64,000 nucleotides of DNA from Leucoraja ocellata (taxonomy: Eukaryota), in assembly GCA_036785375.1 (NCBI GenBank), contig JAWMAR010000780.1, positions 496,001 through 560,000 on the forward strand, in the 5' to 3' direction. The notes below the pieces were generated by a model, which was given only the letters and a program-made list of their open reading frames with translations, made no database searches and was not told the origin of the DNA. A program made the translations under genes and the position numbers. This document shows, in pieces, positions 24,535 through 36,500 of this stretch; positions within the stretch are counted from its first letter, which is position 1; each line of letters opens with the position of its first letter.

Positions 24535-27500
24535 GTAAGTTTTGATTTTGGATATTTGGATGACAATTTGAACTTTTGTTGAATAGTTTTACAGTTTTAT
24601 GCCTCTTTGTAATTTACGAGTGGGGTAATTGATTGGATAGAAGATTGCATCCTACCATTTCTGGCTTTTAATGTGCTGCATAATAGGTGCAAAATTCAGC
24701 CTTTGCTGGAAATCAGCCTGCTTTGGTATAAATCATTTAACAAGGAAGCATCCGTGGATACTATGGGGAAGGCGAGTGGGACTAAGGGGAAGTTGTGTTT
24801 TTGGTTTTAAATTAGGCAGTTATCAGAATTTTGGACAAAACCTCTAATGGAAAAGGGAGCTTTGCTATCTGAACTTGAGGGGGGGGGGGGGGAGGGGGAC
24901 TGGGAAGGGTGTGTAAAGGTAAAGCTGATGGTGGAAAGGTTGAATGGAACTTTTCACCAGGGAGAAGTATGGGGTGACTGGAGCGTTGAGGGAAGGGCAC
25001 ACTAATCTTCTGGAGCACCTGTAATGGCAGAATCTGGTAAACCTTATCTGTACCCTTTCCAAAGCCTCCACATCTTTCCTGTAATGGGGCGACCAGAACT
25101 GTATACAATACTCGAAATGCGACCTAACCGGTCTTATGGAACTGCATCATGATTCCCTGACTCTTGTACTCAATGCCCTGGCAATAAAGTCAAGCATACC
25201 AGACACATTCTTTACCACCCTATGTACTTGTGCTGCAATCTTCAGTGAGTTATGAACTCTGACGCCAAGATCGATAGAGATAGATATAGATATAGATATG
25301 CCATTTATTGTCACTATACATGTACAGTGAAATTGAAAGCTGCTCGTACTCAGTGCATACATATAATTTAGTACAAAAAACAAGAAACAGAAAAACAAAA
25401 ACAGAAGGGAGAAGGGGGGGGGGGGGGGGGGGATAGGTGCACAATTCTGCGGCGCTATATACATATATACAGATGGAAGTCCGGGTGTTGGGCTGTGAAG
25501 TCATTGCATGTGTGAATTTGAATTAAGAGTAGTTATAATTTTCGGAAAGCAACTATCGATCCCTTTACACTTCAATGCTGTTAAGGGTCCTGCCATTAAC
25601 TGTATACTTTCCGCTTACATTCAACCTCCCAAAGTGCAACACCTCACATGTGCTCCGATTAAACTCCACATGCCATTTCTCTGCCCGTTTCTGCAGCTGA
25701 TGTATATCACGCTGTATCTCCTGACAGCCTTCCTCACTGTCTGCAACTCCTGCAATTTTGGTGTCGTCCGCAAACTTGCTCACCAACCAATCAACATTTA
25801 CGTCCAAGTAAAATACAAAGTGCAAGAGGGGGATTCAGTAGATCAGACATCTGGGAGGGGGAGAGGGGGTTGGACAGGCGATTAATTGGGTTGCGATCCT
25901 TTAATAGATTGCGAATTCTGACCTTAACATTTAGAGGACTAAGTCAATGTGGTACATGTTATGCTATGGCAGTCACCAAAAGTATGAAGGGATTTGAGAC
26001 ATCAACCTGGATGTTAATGAATGGTGGAGCAAGTTGAAGCACTGTCTCCTGTTCTTATGTTCAGTGATTTTGTCTAAGTGGGTTTTTTTTTCTCCCCCTC
26101 CCTTTCTTTCCCCACTAACCAGGAGGGTGGCTTTCTAACAGCCTGGCGATCATGACTGATGCTGTTCACATGCTAGCCGATGTGCTGGGGATTGCTGCTT
26201 CCTTGGTTGCACTATATCTTTCAGCAAGGCCTCCAAGTAACAGGTTCACGTTCGGCTGGCATCGATTCGGTACGTGATAATTTGCCTGATTATTGTAAGC
26301 TCTCATTTCACCTTTTTGGTGCACAATTGGTTGGATGATTACAGTGTGTTAATTTCCTTAGATATGGATCAATATCAACTTTTTGCCATCCAGACGTGCT
26401 GTGGTATAAAGTCTTTGTCTTGCTGCAGTCCTGGCTTTGCTCTCTCAGCACTTCAAGCTGACAGTCCTAAATTGAGATTGATCAGGATAGATGATGGGCT
26501 AAAGTTATAGGAAAAGTATAATGAAGAGAGGCTTTAATGCGGAGCTTGCCGTTTCAGCTGATGAGGTAAACAAGCTGCCCTGTGGGGGTGGGAAGGGAGG
26601 GAACTGCATGGGGAAGTGGAGGGAGCCTCTCACTAACCAAGTACAGTTAGCTGACTCCCCAGTACAACTTGGGAGCTTATAAAGGGATGCTGAAGTCCCG
26701 ACCGGAAACATCACCCATCATGTTCTCCAGGGTTGCTCCCTGAACCGCTGAGTTATTCCAGCACTTTTTGGTGAATGAGTGTGGTGAATCTCTGGAACTC
26801 TCTGCCACAGAGGGTAGTTGAGGCCAGTTCATTGGCTATATTTAAGAGGGAGTTAGATGTGGCCCTTGTGGCCAAGGGGATCAGAGGGTATGGAGAAAAG
26901 GCAGGTACGGGATACTGAGTTGGATGATCAGCCATGATCATATTAAATGGTGGTGCAGGCTCGAAGGGCCGAATGGCCTACTCCTGCACCTAATTTCTAT
27001 GTTTCTATGTTTCTATGTTTTTGTCGATGGGGAATCTCAATACGTTTCATGCACCATGGTCTTGCGAGTGTGGGTTTTGGTATATAACGGGAGGGGGGGG
27101 AGGGGGGTTCAGGGAGGCTGGTAATGCTGATTTGTCTGTGTGGGAATGTTCACCATGAGCTTCTGAATGTCAGTAGCTGTACGGTGAGTCTTTTGACACT
27201 TATTGTTCAAGGTTTTGGTGAGGGTGTGGCCTGGCAGGACGGGTTCTCCAGGTGGATGCACCCTGTGCATCATGAGGGAGGTGCTAGATGACATGTTCCA
27301 GAAATCGTCATGTCCAGTTGCAGCAGCTTGTGCTGTTTCAGAGCTGGGCCAATGCTAAGAGTCACTGAGGTGCATCCATGGGGCTGATAACTGTGAATAA
27401 CATGATTGGGGAGGTGATTACATTGTAGCTTGGGTTTGACAAGGCAGAGTTCATGGGGGACCATCAATCAGACTGGAAGGAGAGATACAGAATGTTGGAG

Positions 27501-30500
27501 TAACTCAGCAGGTCAGGCAGCACATCTGGAGAACATGAATAGGTGATGTTTCAGGTAGGGGCCCTTCAGACTGATTGGGTCAGACTAGAAGAAGCCCGTG
27601 AGTAATGAGCGAGTCATCGTTGTTGAGCAGACTTCCCTTTGGCACGCTATTAGGGGTCTGTGAAGGAATACAGAGAGAGTCAGGATCATGACACTGAATG
27701 GCTCGGCTGCATAGGAGAGCGGGAAGAAAGTGTGAGAACAATAATGATAGGGAATTCAATGGTTGGGGTGTGTTTCTGTGCTTGCAGATGTGGCTCCTCG
27801 TGCCAGTGACAATCATACCGGGGAACATCTGCAGAACATCTGGAGGGGGTGGGCAAACCCCAGGAATTGTGGTTCATGTTCATCAAAGCTTAATTTTAAC
27901 TGCAAATTAAACTATCTTTGTTTTAGCCTGTATTCATATGCTTCACATATTATTGAGAACTATCTTACTATATAGGTAGCTCCATCAAAGAGACGGCACA
28001 AGATAATGTGAATGGTCTCCTCCTGTACTGTATTGGTCTTTGCTTATTTATTCAGTTCAACCGTACACTCACTCCTGGATTTGTTTTAGTGTAATGGAAT
28101 TTGTGTGTTGGTAAACTGAACTAAAAATCATTACATTGGAAAACCCTTAATTAGTCAGTCGCTTGAACATTGACTCACTGTTTGAACTTTGTATTATGTC
28201 CCTAAATATAAAACAATAATTGCTGTATGCTTCACCTACACACTGCCTTTAGACCTAAAGGCACAACATTTACAACAAGACAATGGAGAGTGTATTATGC
28301 CACGCAGCATTGACTGCCTAATCTGGTGAGGAGTGACTTTGTGTGCTCCAAATGTATTGCATCTGTGACTGAGGCTGAAAGTTTGGACAAAACTCTAGAG
28401 AAGAGCTGGTGGAGCAGGAAAGAGTAAGAGTGTGTGTACAGGGATGGGGGGGGGGGGGGGTCATGATTTCTGCAGTATAATCATAACACAGATTAAGACT
28501 GCATGAGTCAAGGTGTTGTCTAGGCGGAAAAAAGTGAGAAAGCTGTGTTCTTTTAATGTATTATTTTTTACTGCAATCTCACCTTGAAAATGCCACTTCT
28601 TCCCTTGCACCTGCTCTGCCTATCTCCTTTATGTATTGTTAGAATTACAATTCTTAATTCATTTGTGGGATTTGACTATCGCTCATAAGGCCAGCATCTA
28701 TTGCCTTTACTGCTTTGAAGAAGGTGTTGATGAGCCACATTGTTGATGGTTGTTGGCAAGGGAGATTCAGTATTGAGACTGAGTGATGATGAGGTTTATA
28801 AGTATATTTCCAAATCAGCCCAATGTGCAAGCTGGGGAACCTGCAGATGGCGGTGATTCTCTGCTCTTGCTGGTGGAAGAGATTGCAAGTTTGTGGGGCT
28901 ACTGTCGGGGACCTAGATAAGTAACCGCAGAGCATTCTTTGATATTGCACATTGTAGCCACAGTGGTGGAAGGAGCGAATCTTGAGGGTGGAGTTTGGGA
29001 TGTCACTGAATCCATGGTGCCTTATCCTCAATGATGTTGAAGGAAATTGTTGGAGCTATCAATACTGTCCAATTCTTCCACTAATGCTACAAATACTGCC
29101 TTGGACAGACGTATCAATTACAAAAGTACTGGTTGCAGATGTGATAATGCAGGGTGTCCAACTTGGTCAATGATGGGGGAAAAAAAGTTCCCTGTGAGGA
29201 TGTCAGCTGTGGTCTTGCTCCAAACAGTGGTTCTTTAAAAGTGCTTATTAAATATTTAGTTTTTGTATGTACTGGAAGCCAAGTACAGTATGTTCCCTAA
29301 GTGTATTTTGGCAGCAGTGAAGATTTTGGTGAAATTGGGAATTCGTTGCATGGGGGAAAGATGTGGTGCTTAGTATTAAAAATAACAGAAAGAAAATTGA
29401 ATTAAGAAGAAAACAACATATTGAGTTGAATAAACTAACAATGTAGCTGGGTACCAAGTCTTGAGCTGTTGGCAACTACACCTGCAGTAATTGTTAACCT
29501 GATCTGCTTAAGGTCTCGAGTTCAGACCTTGAGCAGGGCTTGTTGTCACGCTGGTGACATCTGTAAGGCCAGAGGTTATATGGACAGCATGTTCCAGGTG
29601 GTGATTGCTGCAGCTTGTATCATTTTCAACCTGAGCCTCCAGTCAGGGAGGGTACCAGGTCTGTGGAAAACATCATGTCTCGTGCCGGTTCCCAAAGCAG
29701 GGCGGCCGACCGAGATCAACGACTACAGACCGGTGGCCCTTACATCCCATATCATGAAAACAATGGAGCGGCTATTCATTCGTCTCCTGAGACCACAAGT
29801 CCAGCACGCACTCGACCCACTACAGTTTGCATACCAGGAGAACATTGGGTGGATGACGCAGTCGTCTACATGCTGCACCGGATCTACTCCTTTTTGGACA
29901 AACCCGGTGGCTATGTGAGGATTATGTTCTTCGACTTCTCAAGTGCGTTCAACACCATCCAACCCCTGATTCTGAATGACAAGCTTAAGAAGATGGGGGT
30001 GGATTCCACATTTATCTCCTGGATAGACGACTACCTGACGGGTCGACCACAGTTTGTCAAGCTGGGGGACAGTGTCTCTGGCACAGTGGTGTGCAATGTT
30101 GAAGCCCCACAGGGAACGGTTCTGGCCCCATTCCTCTTCACCCTGTATACAGCAGACTTTAACTATAAGTCTGACACATGCCACGTACAGAAATATTCAG
30201 ATGATACAGCGATTGTGGCATGTGTAAGGAACGGGCAGGAGGAGGAATACAGGAACTTGACCAGTTCCTTTTGTGCCTGGAGTGAAGAGAACTGTCTCAT
30301 CCTGAACACAACTAAGACTAAAGAGATGGTGGTTAACTTTGGCAGGTCCAAGCTCCCCCTTCAGCTGCTGGGGCTGACATTGAGGTGGTGCAGACATATA
30401 AATACCTTGGAGTGCACCTTGATAACAAACTGGACTGGTCTGTCAACTCTGCATCCCTCTACAAAAAAGACCAGAGCAGACTCTTTTTCCTCAGAAGGCT

Positions 30501-33500
30501 CAAATCCTTCAATGTGTGTAATGACATGCTGCACATGTTTTACAACACTGTGGTTGCAAGTGTTATTTTCTACGCTGTTGTCTGCTGGGACACCAGCATT
30601 AGTGCAAAAAACAACAAGAAGCTGGTCAAACTGGTTAAACGAGCTAGCTCAGTGCTGGAGGGGAGAGTAGACTCTCGGATGGATGTGCTTGAGAGGCGTA
30701 TGAGGCACAAGGTGCAGGTCATCCTGAAAAACCCCGGGCATCTCCTCCATGTAATTCTGGAGAGTCAAAAGAGCACAACAACCGGCTCCTCTCCCTGCCC
30801 TGTAGAACGGAGCGGTTCAGGAGATCCTTCACCCCTGCAGCCATTAGATTTTATAATTCGGACTGCTAGGCTGTAGGGGGATGCATTCTTGCAATTTTTA
30901 ATTTTTAATTGTTAATTATTGGTCTTTTTAAGTATTTATTGCTCTCAGGTAGTGTCCACAGTGTATTCTATGTATTTTCTGTCTGCGTTCGTTTTGAATC
31001 TGTGGGTTTGTTGGTTGGGGGCTTCTGGACATCTGAATTTCCCTGAGGGGATCAATTAAGTATTTATTATTATTATTATATGGAGGGAGAATGATCTGAC
31101 TAGGAGGACCAGGCAGGAAATGCAAGCATCTACGGAATGCCCTTGACTCTACAGTTGGTTTTTGCTTCTGAACACTGGAGAAGGTGTTAAATTCCTTGGG
31201 ATTTCAACCAGATCAAAATCCAAGGTAAAGCAGGTGACTTGCCTGAACAGGATAGAAACCAAACTACAGAGATCTGGGGTGACAGGAATTCAGCACGTGA
31301 TGGGGTGAGGTGAGGGATGAAGTTCTGGGGCTCAGCTAGGATGCCTGGGTTGAAGGTTCTTCTTGGTACCCGAGCCAAGGATGCAGCAGAACGCAGAAAT
31401 GAATGGAGCAAATTTGAAAACAATGTACCAAAATGCTGTGGTATTCACATTCCTTGTATATTTAGCATTGGTTCAGTTGTCATGTAGTTGTGACAATGAT
31501 CATTGTGCTTGATGTGATCAGCCCATTCCTCCTGACAAGTCTCTTCAGTCGTAGGGTTGCCAATGCTTGCATTATTTGTTTTGTACTTTATTAATGTGAC
31601 TAACATTCTCCCCGTCTGTTGCAGAGGCGCTGGCGGCGGTGCTCAGTGTGTTGCTGATCTACGCTGTAACCATAGGGCTTGTATATGAGGCTGTTCAGAG
31701 GACCATACACCAGGACTTTGAGATCAATGCAGACGTGATGATTATCATTGCAGCTGTTGGAGTTGCCATTAACCTCGTGTAAGTAGCATTTGCTTTAAAG
31801 AGCTGAATTATCATCCGTATCATGGCAAACACTGCTGCAGTCCTTCTTCTTATCTTCTTAAGCCCTTTGCTCCTCTGGGGAGCATAGGCCATTGACAAAT
31901 GTCCCCCACCTCATTCGATTGTTGGCAATTCTTTCGAGATCTCCCCAGTTGAGCCCACTCTCAGACATTTCTCTCTGGACACCTCTTCTCCAGCTGTTCC
32001 TGGGGTGACCTCTTTTCATTGTTCCCTGGGGTTCAGTTTCAGGGCTTGCCGGGTGATGTTTGTGGCAGGTTTTCTGAGGGTCCAACTCCAACTCTATTTT
32101 CTCCTTCGAATTTGTAAGTCAGTGGGCTCCTGGCTTGTTCTTTTCCACAGGTCCACATTGCTGACATTGCCTCTCCACTAGATGTTAAGTATTCTCCTAA
32201 GGCAGGTGTTAATAAATGTTTGCAGCCTGTTTGTAGTATGTTTTGTTGTTTTCCATGTCTCTGATCCATACAGCACCACCTGTTTCACATTTGAGGTAAA
32301 GATGTGTATTTTGGTGTTGATTGAGATGTGTTTTGAGCTCCTTCCTGAGCATGTTAAACACCACCCTAGCATTGATTCTACATTTTATGTCTGCCTCTGC
32401 AGTCCACAATGTCTTTACGCCCATCATTTGGGCTGGAAGTCCAATTTCACGGATTCATTGGTTGTAACATCCAAAGGTCAGAGGAATGTCGGGTAATGAT
32501 TATTAGTATTGGTTGATATTGTGAGTGCCCAGAAGTGTGGTTGGGTGGGAACAGTGTGGAATTAGACATTGCTGGAAGAGGGTGGCACCAGGTCAGAGTG
32601 AGTCTAGTAGCCTTGGGAGGGGGTGCCCAGCAATGTTTGGGGGTGTAGGGGAGAGGGAGAGTGCCCAGCATCAAGGGGTAAGTGCAGTGTAGGGTGTAAG
32701 CACATCTCTGAACAGCGACAGTTCTGAAGGTGCTATTGTTGCAATTCCTCCCAAGCAAAACTTATTTCCAGCACTCACAATCTTTTGGGTAGAGATCCTT
32801 CTTCAAAAGTCTGAAGAAAGGTTCCAAATCAAAACATCACCTTTCCAACACTTGGTGTTTTACTCAAGATTTCAGCACCTGCGGTTCTCCGTGTGTTAAT
32901 TTGTGCTCTAACTTAATCACTCCAGATTCACTGTGTTTAGGAGAATTAATTTCCATCCACTGAGATGAAATTATTTGATTAAATTAATTTGGCTTCACTT
33001 GATCGAGGTTTTATGCCAGGTGTTGAGATGATGCCAGGCTGCATGCCAGGTTTATACTCAGTAATACTTTGACTATGCAGAATGATGAAGGGTTTTGTAT
33101 GCACATTGTTCAATGTTTAAAACTTTCATGTTTTTAATTTAAATTTAACAGAATGGGGTTTTTGCTGAATCAGTCCACCCATTCCCATTCCCATTCCCAT
33201 TCCCACTGCCCTTCAGAAACCAGGGGAGCACCTGGACACGCTCATGGTTCTGGGACTCTGGCTGTGCGAGCTGCTTTCATCCATGCTCTGGGAGACATGA
33301 TGCAGAGTATTGGTGTCCTGATGGCAGCCTATATCATTCGCTTTGAAGTACGTGTGACCTTCTTTTGTTGCAAATTATATAATCCTGTGCACTGCATGGT
33401 TCCATAATGGAGTGGGTAAAACTGGTTTAGTCCTTCAGGTGCAAGGTGTTGTCACTTGTCTGTGAAATCAATGCTAAGTTTTGGGAGACGAAAATATGAT

Positions 33501-36500
33501 TTGGAGTGGAACAAAATGACTCATAAATAAGAATTGAAGGGAGTAGATTGTGGGGCCTCTTGCCTTCCCTGCAATACCACAATGGTGTGCTCCTGCACAC
33601 TCCACATATCCTGTTTGAACATCTATTTTTTATATTTGTTTTCAGGGTCACGGGTTTGCTGACCAGGTCGGCATTCATCCCCTTTCCAATATTGTTCCTG
33701 GGGAGGTGTGGTTGTGAACCACTGATCTGTTTTGAATTATCTCGAGGACTGAACTTCCTGTGCTCTCCAGCGGGCAGGGAATTCCAGCGATTCACCCATT
33801 TGCGTGGACATTTCCCCTCATCTCTCTCCTACATGCCCTACCCCTTATTCTGAGGCTGTGGCCCTGGTTACAGATTTCTATCTCGGGAGAAATTGTCCTC
33901 CCTGCAACCCAGACTGTCGAGCCGGGCAAGAGTTTGTAATTGTCAGTGAGATCGCCTTTCATTCTACTAGTTTTGCAAATCCAATTCCAGCCTATTGATC
34001 AGTCCAAGAATGGCAAATCCACCTCCCTGGAACCAGTCTGGGGACACTTCCTTTCTGGATGGTATATCCTTCTTTAAAGAAACCAACACTGACCCCTATT
34101 GGACTAATTACCAGTATTCTAAATCTGAAGTCCCATCTTTCTATTGTAACTCTTGAATCACGCCCCATATAATTGTACTAAGATATTTGTATTCCTGCAT
34201 TTAAATACTCTTGCAGTAATGGCCAACATGTCATTTGCCTTTATTTCTCTGGCAGCATGCTCATTGGCCCTATCTCTGTACTTTGACTTGTTGAATACCT
34301 GACATTTGTTGTAAATACAAAGGCTTTATAGCACAGAAAGAGAGCAGTTGGACCTGTCCAAGGGAGTAAAAACTCCCAAGTACATGGTTGCTGTGTTCAC
34401 ATTCATTCTACCCAATCTCAACTTGGGATGATAGACACAAAATGCTGGAGTAACTCAGCGGATCAGGCAGCATCCCTGAAGAAAAGAAATAGGTGACATT
34501 TCGGGTTGAGACCCTCCTTCAAACTTAAAGTCAGACTGAGAGTTTTGTCCCTGGATCTCAGTCTGAAGAAGAATCTCAACCCAAAACATCTTTTCCTTTT
34601 CTCCAGAGGTGCTGTCTGACCAGCTGATTTACTCCATATTTTTTTTTCTTGTTGTCTCTTTCCAGTTTAAAAAGAATCTGCTGTACCATCCTACACATTT
34701 TCTCAACTTGGGATGATTCTCTCAGATTCCCACAAACTATCTGAATTCAGATAGTTTGGCGTATTTGCCATTTTTGGAGACGTTGAATAGAATGGGATTG
34801 GATTTACATGACTTTTGGGTGTTGAGATGATGCTAGGAGGCAGTCTGTTAACAAATAGTCCGCATCAAATTCTTGATTAACTGTGCCTTCTAAACTCATC
34901 CAGAGCCATTTTATGCTTTCTTTAAATGTGCTGGGTTCACTGATAAAATTACAGTCGACTCTATAACATGCAAAGTAAAAGGGTATTGGGAGTATCATTC
35001 AATAATTCAGTAAATTCAAGAAATCTGCTTGTTCAAAACCAGCAAATTCCCAAGCTTGCTGTATTATTGTAATTGTCCTTTGACCAGATGTTAACGGATG
35101 TTTTGGGTGTGTCAAACACACGACTGATTGGGTCCATGACCCAGCATGGTGTTGTGGCTTTGACTCCACTTCATGGTTACTCTTACTCTCCCACAGCCAG
35201 CCTACAAGATTGCTGACCCAATTTGCACCTACATCTTCTCCATTCTCGTTTTGTGCACGACATTCCGAATAATGCGAGACACCGTTCTGATCTTCCTGGA
35301 AGGTACAAATTTTAGCACAAAAGTACTAATTCTTCTCTTACAGATAGTGGTTGAAAAGCAGCTCTAATCGGGGAGTAGTCTGGTCCTGCACCAGGAGTAT
35401 CGGGTTCATGGAAGGCACCATTATTTCCCACAACGGAAAAGTTAATTGTGTTTTGTGATAGTAATTAGTGGGTATATAATGTCCGTGAACACTACCTTCT
35501 GAAGGATTCTGACACTGGGAGGTGTGCTATGTGTCCCTACTGCACTAGCAGAGGGCTTGCAGAAGCATATTTTTGTTTCATTTCAGTTTTTCCAACATCT
35601 GCAGCTTTATTTCCCCCATTCCTCCCCATTATTTTCTTGAATAGTTATCAAATAAGAGAATAAAATATTACATTTCAAAAATGGCATAAAAAGGAACTAC
35701 AAGATGCTGTCTTGTACCAAAGAAAGACACAAAATACTGGAGTAATTCAGCGGGTCAAGCAGTATCCCTGGAGAACATGGATAGGCGACATTTCGGGTCG
35801 GAACACTTCTTCAATCTGAAACGTCTCTTATCCATATGCTCCTGGGATGCCTCCTGACCCGCTGAGTTACTCCAGCATTTTATATTAGACGTTATATCAT
35901 AAATGGTTTGTAAACCATATCGGATATGTGTCAGTTGCTCCTTTGGTTGAGAATCAAATCAGGTTGTACTCGCTTGAACTGCAGCCACATCATCAGAGCG
36001 CATTATTATGAGTATGTTTCTTTATCGTGATCAACATTGATGTCGTAAAGTGTGAAATCTCCCATTTAGTTAATTCATCTCTGCACCCTATTGGGCAAAA
36101 TACCAGTATTCCAAATCTGAATTCCCATACGTTCTATTGTAACTAATTGAAAAGCAAAAATGCAGGAAATTCTCAGGAGGTCATTCAGCACCTGTGGAGA
36201 GAGAATTGGAGTTAAATGTTGCAAGTCAAATTGGGAGGAGTTAGAAAGGTGACACGTTTTAAGTTGCAAAGAAAATGAGGAAAAGCAGAGGGGGAAGGGG
36301 AAATCTGTTACCAGGAGAGAGTGAAGGACAAGTGCGGGAGGTGGTGCGTGAAGGAAAGGTGAATGAGTATCTGGAGGAGTGTTCATGAGATGGAGGGGGA
36401 AAAAGAGAGGGGTTGAATTCTGGAAATAAAGGATATAAGATAGGAAAGCTGATTCCCAATCATTAAAAAATTACATATAATGACACCAACTTTTCTCTCT

